Source: Paramecium tetraurelia (lineage: Eukaryota). Taken from it: 64,000 nucleotides of DNA. A program made the position numbers and the translations under genes. Of this stretch, positions 1 through 14,752 are shown piece by piece (position 1 is the first letter of the stretch; each line of letters starts with the position of its first letter). Location of the stretch: assembly GCA_000165425.1 (NCBI GenBank), contig CT868009.1, positions 124,001 through 188,000 on the forward strand, written 5' to 3'. The notes under the pieces are model-generated. The model had not been told where the DNA came from and searched no databases. It was given only the letters and a program-made list of their open reading frames with translations.

Positions 1-798
1 ATTAAAAAGTTTAATTATAGCTACTTAAGATATTGGAGGAGATCTTTGTACAATACTACTTAGATAAAGATTTGATTACTATTCAAAGGGAAGTCATAAA
101 TTAAGAATAATAAAAAGTAATCATTTTAATTGATTACTCTAAAACTATGGCATTCAATTAAATTTAAATCTCATAGACCTATTGTAAATATATTCTATAA
201 AGAGTATACAAATCAACTTCAGTGGGATTATATTTATTTAATGAAATTCTATTCGAAGCATTTAAACTATAAAATTAAATGTACACCTAAGATCTATATT
301 CTTAAATATTGGATAAACTGTTATTGCCTCCAGGAGGAACCAGTCAATTGTTTGAAGTCATCAAACAAAGCGTTAAACTATTTCGTAATTCTGATGAAAC
401 TAAATTTGAAAATTATTTGTGCTTATTCACAGAGTTTTAATCCTAAAACATAGAGCAGAATTTTTATGAAATAAGAACTCTTTTGCATTTCAATAAAATT
501 AAGTTGGTCGTCTTTTAAATTCAGAATTCTAATAGAAATATCTAAATTGCTTAACATATGAGTGATTATTGTAATGGGCTTTTAATACAAAACGAAAAAT
601 AAATAACGAATTGGTTAGATTCTTTAGGCCATACAAAGGTTTAACATAGTCATTACTTTGAGTTTTGGTGAATTAAATTTATAATGTATATAAATTTTAT
701 ATCATTTTTATTGATTTTTAATCAAAGACAAATATATATAATGTTAGGTATTTACTATTATTTCAAAAATATCATTTATTCTGAATATATCATTAAAT

Positions 799-1742
799 TC
801 AAGGGTTCTCCTATTAAATTTCTTTCTGGGATGATTCCTCTATAACCTCTTGGGTTTCATTAAATTCCTAACTTAAAAACCTCTGCTTTATTGAAATATT
901 TGATAGAGGAATTTATGATCCATATCTCTAATGCTTCTACTGTTGCTTCAATCTAAGAAATAATGATTACCATTAATACTTGGTTTCTTGTAATAGTTCA
1001 TTTTCAATACTATCCTTTTCTAATTGAAAAAATGAATGTTTTCTGCTAGAATCATCTTCCTCTAAAATGATCTATTTAGTTTAAGCTGCAATTTTCTATC
1101 AGAATTAGTACAATACATCCTTATTCTTTAAATTCTGTTTTCTTAATTGGGATAGTAGTATTGTATGATTCTAAATCGATCTCTGTTTAGCTTAAAGAAC
1201 GTGCTATTTTAGATTTTCTTCTACGTTCAAGACGCATTTGGAATGTGTCAGTTTGAGATGCCATTTCGTTTTGTATCATAGTTTATATTTACTTAACTTG
1301 ATTAGTGTGATTATTAACTATTTCTTTAACTTGGGCCTCAATCACAAATATGAAACTTGTACCTCTTTAGATTCAGTTTAGCTGTAGATTAGATCAAGTT
1401 CAATACGTTTTGATTCTTCTTCGAATTTAGCTCTCTTATTTATAATTTATTCTTTTGATAATAGAAATTCTTCGTTTTCTCTTTGAGTAGTAAACAGAAT
1501 AAGAGCATTGAGTTTTTTTTAGAAGAAAAAGCTCCGTTTATCTTAGATGGATTCATAATATTCTATTCCAATCTATTTAGTATAGCAATGGCAATTACCA
1601 TATAGAGTGAGATTAACTATTATAATTGAGAAAGCTGAGTCTATTCATTGCTGTCGATTTCCATTTCAAGCTTGAGAATTTGATCAGCGAAGTCTTAGGG
1701 AAGACTTTTCTTAGATAAAAAATCCAATCCGAATTTAAACAT
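799..1742 (-). CDS. Hypothetical protein, ciliate-type (MFKFGLDFLSKKSLPQDFADQILKLEMEID...LISLYM/IGIEYYESIQDKRSFFFQKKLNAL...QQENP*)
   Basis: Reads open under the ciliate code from ATG (cat 1740-1742) to TGA (tca 799-801), with a 26-nt GT..AG intron after LISLYM. The middle was only spot-checked. Confidence 0.75.
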
Positions 1743-1763
1743 TTAATTTTTTTATATATATTA

Positions 1764-4700
1764 ATGAAATTAGGTACTGTAAGGAGCTTGTTTGAGTTTA
1801 GAGATACTTCAACAGAAGGGATTTTGGATAATCTCATTGCTTCTGTAGGTATGACATGTGTAAGGGATTAAACGTAGGTTAACTGTAAGGATTAGGACTG
1901 CCTGACATCTGCATAATTTGTAAGAGACAAACTTTGGGAATGTTCAAATCAGGATTTGAGCAGTGGTCTAGTTTCCATTGCGTACTTGGGATTTGTCCAA
2001 CTTCTTAGGCTGAGGTTTCGGCTTATATTCAATCATTGATGATGAATTAAGAAAAAGACACTTTTTCGAAAATATTTGGAAGTGATATTATAATATTCAA
2101 GGTAACTTCGATTTGATTTAATACTAGATCGCATACATAACTTACGATATCTTTTCAAAGATTCTCTTGGTTTGTTAATTCGAATAGCCTAGTGAAGGTT
2201 TAACTTAGTTTAAAAATTATGGAATACAACAAAATAAATAATGTATTTAATTAACCAAAAGTCATTGGGAAGGAGCACATATAAGTGGCATTTTAAGGAT
2301 TTTGGATAACAATTTCAAGATGCCAAATATTGGTAGATTCTATAATTAGACTAGTATAAACAATCCAAAATTTCTATAAAATCTCATAGCAAAATTGCTA
2401 TAAAAAATATCATGTCTAGATAATTCATTTCAGGATCTCAACAAAATAAAATCGAAATCTGACTTTCCTCCTATGAATGATATAATCTATTATCTCAATT
2501 GGCCAATAAGTCTCATTTTCAATTATTTATACAACACAAGCTAATTGGATTTATTGCTAGAATAATTAAATAACTTAGATGATAACATTATCTTGAAATT
2601 ACTCAAGTCCTTGACCTACTACAAAATGAAGTAATATATCAATTGATTCTAGAAACTACAATAAGAGTTTAAATGAATTATTAAAATTGCAGGATTCCAA
2701 CAATTGGTTCAATCTTCCCAAATTCATAATGGCAAATATCTTTATTAAGCAATCCAGTTTTGAGAAGGCCTTTATTATACTAAAAGATCTAATCGTAGAA
2801 TGCTATGATAATTAGACTATTTGGATAACTTTGGTATCGAATATATTAAATAGATTAGTCCAAAATATTTAGGAAACAGAAGATATTTCAAATCAGTCTG
2901 TTATTCTTAAATAGAGCTGTTGCCTTGCCATCTAAACAGACTGTGAAATAAATATGGAATGAAATTAATTTGGTCAATTATAGATTATTGACTCAAAACA
3001 AGTCCATATAATAGATTTCACAACTAGATTAGATATATAAGATTTTGCATCCTTTGTCAGCTGATAAAATTGAATGTTATGTTCAGTTATGTGGATATCC
3101 TTGTATCGATAACTTACTAGTTCGACCCAGATTGAATAATAAGAAGGATCAGAGAGTATTATCTTTATCTAATTGACTATAGCATACTATTGACATGATA
3201 TCGAAACACTCCTCAAAATCAGAATTCAAAGTTAATCAACAGACTTATGAAACTCTAATGCATAATGACCTCTTAGAAATTGAAAGTGAATTATCCAACA
3301 TTCTCCAAGAAGTCATTAAAATCTAAAAAGTTGTAGGATACTAAAAATTAAAATCTTATTTAACTTAGTATTTTTATACTACAGCAAAAGTAGTCTAAAA
3401 ACAAATTGATTAAATCTATGATCCAGGTGAATTCTAAATTGCCATCAAACATCAAAGAAATTTGAATTTAAATGTTAGTTAAATAAGCAATACCAATGTA
3501 TCAATATTATCTTATTTAATTAAGAAAAGCTTATGTAATCCTAGATTGCAAGATGACATAGAAGACTGTGATTCTGATGAAGAATAACCTGAGTTTCTTA
3601 AAAAATAAAAAATCAATAAATCATTTGACTTTACAAATATGGGTCCTAAAATGTACTAGACTCCCCAACATAATAGTAAGATCCCTAAATCTCCATTGAA
3701 ATTCACTAGTATCAAAAAGAAATAGTAACAAATAAAAAAAGCAAATACTATAATTATAGAAAATGCATTTGAAAGTGTTGAGTCAGAAAGGCAAAACAAA
3801 TAATTCATTACCATTGTAAATAGAGTCAATATTTAATAAAATGAAATGATATCATAAGCACCTAAATCAGGTTAAGATGCACAATTATAGAGATCCTTCA
3901 TTTATGGTTTGATTTCTTACTTGAATCAAAATTTAAGCCAATAAGAATCAGTGTAGCTGAATGAACAATTAAAAAGAAGAAAAGAGCAGATCCATAATCT
4001 CCTATCAGGAATGGTAGAAACAATTAATAAAATACAAACGGAACTAGATTCATTATTCTACCCTTCACAAGAATAAAACAGATAACTGAATAATTAATAA
4101 AGCTCTCAGATAAATTCGACGAATGTCTAACAACAAACAAACACATCCTCACCGTTGTTTAAGTCTAATCTAAAGAAGGCTTTGTAGACAAAGTAGCATT
4201 TGGGAGGATAAGTAGAATTGAAGGAATTTTATATTGTACAACCTTTAAATGAAGACGAACCAGACAAAGAGAAGATTTATCTCTCTTTTATTAAAGCGGA
4301 ATCAATGTTTTTGTATAAATGTGCTCGTCTAGCATAGAAATTAAAGAGAAATGATTTAAGCTACTCAATCCTATAAAGACTGAGTAGTAGGATTATATCA
4401 GTGTAAATTACAGCACTCTACTTTAACATTATTAAGGACAACAATAAATTGTTGATTAGACAGTAATTATCGTTTATTAACTATTCTTAGAATTCAAAAA
4501 ATGTTGGCTGACTTTTAGGATTGTGGAATCAGCCAAGTAGGATTTGTGCCCTTATGGTTAGAGATGAAAATTGTCAAGATGACAAAGCAATATGGGGCCA
4601 ATCAAATTCTTGCTTTACTCTCTTCATCAGAGACTAACTTTACATTTTATCTAATTAAAAAGATCATTCTAACAACTGACAATTTAATTTGATCATTAAA

Positions 4701-5027
4701 CTCAATTTATAATTATTGATGTCTAAAAATAACTAGATATAGTTGATACTTTTAAATGATTTAAAAATGTTTATCCTGATCCCACCAATCATTTCAATTG
4801 ACTATGCTAACTATCAAAATTAGACTGAAATTAAAATATTTTCCCTTTATTTCTTAGTTATTTCTGACAACAAAAATATAAATCAGAACCCATTATTTTG
4901 AACTATTCATAATGTCTCATACCAAGATCTAGTAATTTCTTACATTCCTGACACTTCTGATATGATCTAATTTTAATTGTTACTAATCTTCTTAATTATT
5001 TTTAGAATACAAATTTATTGCACTTGA
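1764..5027 (+). CDS. Large hypothetical protein (~1000 aa), function unknown
   Basis: ATG at 1764. The frame is restored by tiny introns (gtatgac..cgtag ~1849-1877; gtacttgg..cttag ~1982-2008; gtaacttc..actag ~2102-2127; gttact..tttag ~4979-5005). Ends ...QIYCT TGA 5025-5027. Confidence 0.7.
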
Positions 5028-5044
5028 AATATAATTAATAATAA

Positions 5045-5774
5045 ATGAATTGCTTTTTGGAATAACCATTTTAATATAGATAATCAAGATGTTTATCATT
5101 CAGTCCTTACAATGATAACAATCTCATTAAACAACTTAAGAGATAACTTCATTATCCGCCTTAAAAAGTCATGCAATTAGACACTTATGAATACATGTAA
5201 ACCCCACAATAAGTGGAAACAAATGTGATCAGTTCAGGTAAGTGTGTGCATTTGATAACAATATAGATTCCATATAGCATTACCAAAAGTTAATTGAGGA
5301 CAGAAAAAATTCATTAATTATTGACTCGAATCCAAGAACTTTAAAATAAGAGGCAGCATAAAGTGCAGATATTTATTAATATAAATTAAATATACCAAAA
5401 GTTGTAGTAGCCAAACAATTGAATTAGAATATACTTAGAAAAAAGAAGAAAAAAATAAATCCAATTAATCCCCAAGATTGTAATGATGACGACATCTAAC
5501 AATAGACAATTGTTTTATAAACCAACAATGTGATTGTCTAGACGGAGAATAAGAAGGAAAAAGTTTCCTTTTTGCCATTAATAAAAAAACAAAAATTATA
5601 ACTTGAGGAATAGCCTATACAGAGATCTGCAAGATATCAATAATTAATGGTATTGAAATAGTAATTTAGAAAAAATCTTTTGGCGATTAATTTGTCGAAC
5701 TTTAATCCTTAATCAAAAAGATGGAGAAGCAGCCAATTTAAAAAAGAGAAAAAAAAGTTACTTTTCTTCTCTGA
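5045..5774 (+). CDS. Hypothetical basic low-complexity protein (MNCFLEQPFQYRQSRCLSFSPYND...KKVTFLL*)
   Basis: ATG 5045, one GT..AG intron ~5238-5266, TGA 5772-5774. Confidence 0.65.
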
Positions 5775-6002
5775 AATTTGTAGCTTTGTCTTTGAATCAT
5801 AAATTTATGTACTTAAGTGTTTGTATATAAGATAATTTCACTATTAAAAATAGAATTTTGTAATTTGATTCAACAAAAATATACTCATATTTAATCATTA
5901 ACAATTATATCCATAGTATGGAGAATGGAGAAGAGAGTAAATATATTATAATAAATTAAAATTAATGTTTAATGCAATTTATATTATTATTTTATTCACT
6001 TA

Positions 6003-7917
6003 ATGAAATTAAACACAAGCACATCTAGTGCTCCATTCATTCCACAAAGACCGCTTAGTTAAAATTCATCATTCGTTCAAGGAAGGATGTAGACTCCTCC
6101 AAGAGTTGCTCGATTTGCAGATACATCACCTCATGCATCTTTCGAATTTGAAGATTTGAATTCGTTATCACTCGAAGAAATCAACAGAGAATTAGATTAG
6201 AATAGTATGTTTATTTTTAAGTAGTTAATGAGGTGATCATGTTGCTTAATAGGAGAAAAAGTTTGATTCTAAATAAAAAGCGAAGACTCAAAGAGGAATT
6301 TTCAAATAAAATTGCTGAGTTGAAGCGCTATCAATATGAAGATTATGTTCAAGATTTACAAAGAGTTGAAGATCCATTGATATAATCACTCATGCAATAG
6401 AAAAGCTTACCGAAAATGCAAAAGTTGTTAGGGAATGTAATGAGAGATCAATAAGATCGCAAAGTTATGGAATTGAGTAAATCTTAGGAATTCTGGTAGT
6501 ACAATAAAAATGTTGAAACAGAAATTGACAATCTTCTCAAAAAGCTGAAATATTTTGATAATGAACTCGAAAAAGATAACAATGAGATCTATGAAATTTG
6601 CAGACAGTTAGACACTATAGATGATAATATCAGAGACTTGCTTATCACAAAGGTAGATGACAATGTTTAAAGAGCAGAACCTTTATTCGCAAATAAACAG
6701 AGGTAGTAATCAATCCTGAATGGGAAGCTGAATTAGAGAAATAAATTGAAGGATGAAAAGATGAATTTAATATACAAAATCATAGAAGAGTTATAGAGAT
6801 TAAGAGGGTTGAGATAGGAAAGGATAAATAAACTAAATATTGTATTTGGAGATGAAGAAAATATCTAAAATTAGAATTACTAAGGATTACAAAATGTTTA
6901 AGGTTCATAATAGAATTTAGATCAACCGTAGCCATCAAAGTTATAGGCTTATATGGATTTTATGGAATAATTTGATAACATAGCTTAAATGAGAGATCAA
7001 ATATCTAAATTGGAATAGGCTGAATAAGCTTTACTAAATGACTTGGATAAGTTGTATAGAGAAAGTGATTAAGTTTTCAGTGAATTAATTAGAAGGATAT
7101 CAGAGGAAGCAAAGACATTCAATGAATGGACAGAGAATCTTAAAAGAAGGATTAGATATATAAAAGCAAATGAATATTTCTTCTCGTAAACAAATTTACC
7201 TGAACAGTAAAATGGATTAGTCAATTCTTTACAGTTGGATTTGAAGGAGGTTAGCAGGAAATTTAAAGAAAATATGAATTATTTGAAACCATTGATTGAA
7301 GAAGATGCCACAATTAGAGCAGGTTTAGAAAAAACAGGAAGTACTATTTAATAATTTAAAAACATGATATTGTACATATTATTTTTGACTTCTTAAGGGC
7401 TATTTAAAATGAAAAGGAGAGGAGAAGAGAGTTACTTTAAATTTTGGAGAATTGTGCCAGATTGAGATAAGAGGAGGATATGTAATTTAGCAGGAGTTAT
7501 TTTTAGGAAAACTGAATAATTGAGGAATATTGAATTAGAAATAAATAAAAAATTACAGTAGAAACGTAATTTGGAAGAAGATTTAGATGGGGTATTAGGT
7601 GATGCTGATTTAAATACTTTCAAAAAAATAGGTATTGCCATTAAAATATATGGTTAGAGTCCTTATTACATGATTATGATTAAGAGTTGGTCCATTTGAA
7701 CAACTAAAAAAGAAAAATAATGAAGGAGATTGAAGAGATCAATCAGTCTGTCATCAATCTGTTGGCACGAATAAAAAGTGATTATGATGATATTCTGAGG
7801 GAAATACTTCCAAAAGATTGGACTAATACATATGATTTGAAGAAAATCACGGATTTAAAAAGAATGAAGAATTACTTAAAAAAGACATTTAAACGCTTTG
7901 GTATAATGTCAGATTGA
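6003..7917 (+). CDS. Coiled-coil protein with Pro/Ser-rich N-terminus
   Basis: MKLNTSTSSAPFIPQRPLSQ... followed by E/Q/K/L-rich heptads and tiny introns. Ends KRFGIMSD TGA, matching the end of track ORF 7720..7917. Confidence 0.75.
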
Positions 7918-7950
7918 ATTCAATATTGTTATATTATAGTGATCATTTAT

Positions 7951-9318
7951 TCATACCCAATTAGGATTACGTTCTTCTTAATTTTTACACCACATCTTAA
8001 TATTCAGATTATTAATTGATAAACTTATTTAATAATTCATTCCTTAATAATCTTCCTTTGATATTTCCTTAAAACAGTTCCTATTTCGTAGAAAATGATA
8101 CTATAGATACTTTCTTATGGCTTTTAGTCGTAAGTAATTATTACTAAGACCTATTAATACTTAAACTATTCTATTAAAGATTCAATTATTTTTCAGGAGT
8201 CTGTTTTAACTTGAAAAAGCGAGGGTTTGCTAGCTTAGCAAATCGAAAGTGCTTAGTACTTGTTTAATTGAGTTATTATTATGATGATATTGATTATTCA
8301 ATGGGTTACTCTGGGAATATCCTTTATAATGTCTTTTTCATCTAAATACTTTTCTGAGTCTATTTAATCTCATTAGTTCTTTTGGATACAAAGCTCTTTC
8401 GTATATTAGGTAAGATCTAGTTGAGAAAATAAACTCCCTCAAAAACTAGTACTGCTCCTTCATCACTTATGCATAGAGCCTGCGATTTTCTAGTTTAGAA
8501 GAAATTCACACATTCAAAATCTCCTATCAATTATCCAGGTGTGTAGATGTTAATAGATTTCGTGTTGGTTTCTGTTGTTTCTCTTAACTCAAAGATTCCA
8601 CTTATCACTAAAAACACTTATGATGCCTTTTAATTTTGATTATACAGTGTGTCTTAGCAGCAGAGATGCTAGGTAAAACTGTTGAGGAAGAATTGCTTTA
8701 CTGTAGTGAATGGCAGGGTCCTAAACAAATGGAATGCATATATCTGTTAGAGCAAAACATTTATTTTGGATATCTCGTGTGTTAACATATTGATTTTAAA
8801 GTCCAACTTGGAAATGACGGCTGCTTTACAAACAGATTTGGTCTTAACTATCAGGTTTGGGCTTGCTTCCTAAATATGGAATACATATCTGCATAACAAT
8901 CATTCCCAAATACTATTAAAGCAGATCCGAAATGTTTTGTACACAACAACTCTTATTCATTAGATTGGACACTCATTTCTCCTGTTAATAAAATTACTAA
9001 TTGATCCTGATTCTCTCTGCCTCTCAAGTAAACTATTTGATTTTTTTTCAATTGTTCGAATTTCATCAGCTAACATACTCAGCCAATTTATACTTAGCAA
9101 CATTCCCACAAATAATCTAAAGACGAGCTTCCTTTGAAATATAAATGAGATCGCATGAAATTCATCAAACGTGAATTGTCCTCATTAGTACGTCTTAGTT
9201 CTTCCATCTTTAGCACCCTTATACAAGACAATATAATGTTTGGATTTCTCATAACATGCTAATCGAGTCTTCTAATATCATCCTCGTTTAAATCTGTCAT
9301 TGTACCTTAATTTTGCAT
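7951..9318 (-). CDS. Cyclic-nucleotide-binding (cNMP/Crp-fold) domain protein, probably two CNB domains
   Basis: Translation contains LFRTLPFTTVKQFF...LYNQNQKASQVFLVISGIFEL...IYTPGQLIGDFE...RKSQALC, a CNB-like pattern, plus an earlier degenerate copy (KKNQIVYLRG...LVILLTGEMSV). Confidence 0.7.
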
Positions 9319-9960
9319 TAATAATATTAATAAAAAATCATTTAAGTAGGTATTTTAATGACAGATTTTATTTAACCACTCCTCCTAATTTTGATATTAT
9401 CAAACTAGATATTATTAAATATTTTGTACATTTGTCTAATATCCATTGGATTAATGTTAGTTTCACAATCATATAGAATCTCATCCATAAATCTGAATAG
9501 AAATGGATTAAATACTATTATTAAGAGGAAATATGGAGATTTCTATAATATTTTTCATATTTTGAAACTCAGCATCTTCACCTTGAATAATACATCAGTA
9601 TTTGATGTTTATTAGAATTCAGTAATAATAAATTATAATCAAATTATTTCTTAATTCCAACATATACTAGTAAATAATAAATATCATTTGTCTGTGTAAT
9701 CTATGAATTATTAAAAATAATAATATAAAATGAATATGAACTAAAATTCGGATGAGTGCAGTTTAATAAAATAAATGGAGAACCTTGCACTTAGACGTAA
9801 ACCTCATTATATTTTCACTAAATAAGAGAACAAGATTTCAATAAATAAAATTGACTTAAACACACTTTTAAAAGAACTCTTACGAGATGATTGAATTAAT
9901 TGATATCACTTCAATAAATATATATATAATATGTTTAGAAACTAACGAAATTGATATAAC

Positions 9961-10673
<713 letters not shown>

Positions 10674-11635
10674 AATCAGAATATATTAAAAATTTATTAT
10701 TAATATTTATTATCATCAATAATTCTAACAACTGTGATATATTTTCATATGATCAAATCAATTTATGTGGAAAGAAATTTTGTAGATTTATTTTAAATCC
10801 ATATAAATTACTTTGTTTTTAATTACAATATGTGGAATATTAATAGAGCATATAAAAGATTCCATAAATATATTATACATTTTGCATCATATCTTCATTC
10901 ATCCCACTTTAAAGCAATAATAAAAGTAAATATTGATTATTGTAAAATAATATTATAATATATCAAGATAGTATTAAATCTATATATAAGATAATTAATG
11001 AATTTCCATAAAAATATGATATTTATTTCTTTATATGTATAGGATAAACAAAAATATAGTAATTTTCAAAATTCTAATTGGATAGATCGATTAGAAATAT
11101 AAAAGTTTATATTTATTCTCTTAATTTTCTATAAACCTTATAGATGAGAACACACTAAAGTACTCTTTTCATTTTACTCTATTGACCAGCATTTCAGAAA
11201 GGATTGATGTCCCTATTCAAAATAATACTCTTAACAATATGATTCTAAACTAAAGAATGTATGAACATTGATTATTTATTATAATTATAAACGAGATGAA
11301 TTTATAAATCATTTATAATTTATAATTCATAAATTTAATGAATTAAAATGTTGCCATACAATAATTTTTAGAATTTTTAATTTCCGCTATGCCATTCAAA
11401 AATCTAATTGTAGACCAGTATCCTGGAGCGTTTTGGAACAACGTTATTTTGGTACTCCATGTAAAAGCACTAAACTTGTAACATTTATTTCATTAAAATT
11501 AGTGTTTATCAATAGAAAATACACATTTTATTTGAAACTGATTAGAATATTTTGATAAAAATAACAGAAATGTCTTATGACCTTCAATAACATATATTTT
11601 TGATTATGAATTAATTATATATTTTTTAGTAATTT

Positions 11636-13022
11636 ATGAATAATTTATCTTTTGATGATATACTCTCTACGCGAATAAAATTTGGTAAGGTTTAGATGCA
11701 AACATTTCTAATCATCAGTCTAATTGATTTGCTTGATGGATCAGAGTTCATGTTTCTGCAATTATTGAATGCAATAATTTATAAGGAATGGTCTCTAAAT
11801 TTGGGCTAATTGATCGTCTTAGCAACAGTATTCAATTTGGGTCAGTTTATTGGGGCTTGGATTTGTGGTTAATTCTCAGACTATACGGGACGTAAGACAA
11901 TGTTAATTTGGTCATGCTTACTCTAAGTATTAAAGAATTGTAATATTGTTCATAGCAATGCTTCTTACAGCATTTGTGTAGGATTTACCACAATTACTAA
12001 TATTAAGGTTTTTCTTTGGATTGCTCTTTGGCATAGCATTGCCAATATCTTCAATACTGATGGCAGAAGTGACTCCTCTTCACGTAAGAGGATAATTTAT
12101 CGTCACTTTACAAATGATGTATGTAGTGGGCAGAATGTGGATGTTATTGCTAGCCTTCATCTACTTGGATTCAATAGCAACGGGGAATTGGAGAGCCATA
12201 GCGGTTACCAATAGTATACCATGTTTTATATGTCTGATTGGCAGTATTATATATTTGCATGAATCGCCCCGTTTTCTTATTACTCAAGGGCGTATCAAGG
12301 AAGGAGTCGAAGGGATTAACTTCATGGGGCGATTGAACGACAAAGATTACGTTGACTTATCAGATGATGAAGTCTAAGCACTTTTAGAATGGAAAAAGGA
12401 GACATTCGAATAATAATATGAAGAGAAGAGTTTTAAAGACTTGTTTAATGAAGAAAATTTACCGATCACTTGGAGAGCATATTCATTAAGTATCATTTCA
12501 ATGTTGATATATTCTGGACTCTATATCATCATACCATTCCTATTTGACGAGGAGGAAAAAACGTTGTTGGACCTACTATACACTGTTTTGATAGAATTGC
12601 CAGCAGTCTTAGTTGTGGTCTGTTTAATCGATAAGATCGGAAGATTGCCAATCATACTGATAGGAACAGCAACATCTATGATATCGGTTTTTATAATTTG
12701 GTATTGGAGAGCCAAATATCTATTGTTAGGTTTGGTTGCCTTCAAATTTTTTAATCGAATGACTTTTCTTTCATTCACTCCTCTTGTATTAGAATCCTAT
12801 TCCACTATCTATAGATCTTTGGGAATAGGTACAACAATTGCTTTTGGTAGGGCAGCTGGTTTTTTATCTCCAGCTATAATACTACCATTATATTAGAAAG
12901 ATAATTATAGTCCTTTTTTAGTTTCAATTTTTATCATGTTTGTAATGATAATCATATTTGCAACGTATCCTAAGGATTTAACGAGAAAACCACTCGATAT
13001 TAAATATGAAAAGGTGGATTGA
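11636..13022 (+). CDS. Major facilitator superfamily transporter (SV2/SVOP-like)
   Basis: Many hydrophobic helices; MFS motifs SDYTGRK, LMAEVTPLHVRG, HESPRFL, IDKIGR and ESYSTIYRSLG. One intron ~11926-11955. Confidence 0.9.
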
Positions 13023-13078
13023 GATACAGAATATTTCATCTATAAATGTGTTTATTTTGGATTTCTTTTAATATATAA

Positions 13079-13434
13079 TCAATTGTCTTTTTCAATACTA
13101 AAATTTTATTGAGGCATTCTTAAACAATTTTCTATTTATATTTCATTTATTTACCCAATGCAAATTTTACATCCTAAAATGCAAGTTTTGGTTTTGAATT
13201 TTTTAAGTCTTCATTTTATTATTAACGCTTTTAACTCACTCTCATAGACTCTTCTAGCAATTTATTCACAAATTCATTTCCAATATCAATAATCATTTAT
13301 CTAGGCTTTTCATCAAATTACACCACTTCCTCAAATCCCATCTATTTTATTAGCATATCTAATCCTTTTGAATCAAAAAAGGTAAACTCTTCATTTTGAG
13401 GAATTTAAGCATTCTAACTTGGTGCTTGATTCAT
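13079..13434 (-). CDS. Small histone-fold protein, TAF12-like
   Basis: SKGLDMLIKQMGFEEVVQFDEKPRQMIIDIGNEFVNKLLEESMRVSQKR...KLAFQDVKFALENCLRMP follows the TAF histone-fold helix pattern. One 23-nt intron at 13132-13154. Confidence 0.6.
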
Positions 13435-14134
13435 AATATATATATTTATAATACAAATTTATTTTATTTTATAATTACTTTTTAAGAAATACTATTTTAA
13501 CTCAAAACTTTAAGGTGTCTAAAAACCATAAAGTCATGATGTAATTCCTGAAATATAAGAATTATATATTTTACTATTATAAGGAGATATAAATAAATTT
13601 AAGGCTTCAGGCTTCACATATTTTATTGAATTTATTCGAAAACTTCAAGATGATTAAAATATCCATTTTTTCTAATTATGAGTGATAAATCATTTGAAAA
13701 AAACACCAGTTCCTTCTAATTTGAATTACTTTATGATTTGAAAACTATCATTCTTCAATAATTTTATAAAGTAAATAATCGATCCAATTACAGTAATATT
13801 ATTGATCTTTCTTAAATATATTTTATATTTTTTATATCTTTAGAGCCATATAAATTGCTTTGAGACTATGGAAATGTAATAACTAATTTTATTAATAGTT
13901 TAAACTTCCATTGATTGCATTTATATATAATCAATTTAGTTATTTCGTTGTTTTATAAAAAATACAATTACTATGATTATGCAATAAAGCAATTTAATGA
14001 TATAAATGATACATTCATAACCCTATTGGTTAATGGGCTATTGAAGTTTTTAAGTAATTTCCATTAATTTTATATTTACTATATATTATAATTTAATTAT
14101 TGTTCCAATAATAATAGAATTATTTGAATAATTT

Positions 14135-14613
14135 ATGCTAAGGGAATTAATTTGATATTAAATCTAAATTGAATTTACAAATTTCCAAGTTTATTAATCC
14201 TATCTATTTGAATTATCATCAATTTATCTTAATGACCATAAGCAAAGATATTTTATTCCTCATTGCATTAAATATTAACCGATGTTGGTATTGGTTATTC
14301 CTCTAGCTAACACAAATTCCAATTTATATAATCTGGAGTCTTCCAAAATTCCAAGAATGAGGATTTAAATTATATAAAAGTTGACTTTTTATCTAAAAGT
14401 AAATTAAATATTTTTTATCCATTTCCATTAGCTAGTATGAACGATAAATATTTAAGTTTTCTTTTAGAATCAATAGAAAAAAATAAAATTGAATTATCTT
14501 AGCAATAAATGAATTTGGATGCATCAGAACTTATTTCTAAGACATATGTTAAAAAATTAGCTAAAAAGGACTTGGCTTATTTGATTCTTTAATACCGAAA
14601 CATAATTTGTTGA
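14135..14613 (+). pseudogene. Candidate pseudogene: ~150-codon frame with a TGA at codon 7
   Basis: ATG CTA AGG GAA TTA ATT TGA, then an open frame (assuming one 23-nt GT..AG intron ~14284-14306) to TGA 14611-14613. Confidence 0.35.
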
Positions 14614-14752
14614 ATTATTTTTAAATAATAAATATTAATTATCATAATATCATAGCATTCAATTTGAGATCTTAAATTTATATGATAGGAAGTTTTGTAA
14701 TATTTTCTATTAAATATATATATATACATATTAATATAATTATTTAATTCAT

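Noticed and set aside
130..453. Track ORF of 107 aa
   Set aside because: Starts at TTG, has no recognisable motif, and its composition is that of AT-rich non-coding DNA.
11380..11470. Slightly GC-richer patch with short inverted repeats (CCAG/CTGG, TGGAG/CTCCA)
   Set aside because: The stems are too short to exceed chance, and there are no tRNA or snoRNA boxes.
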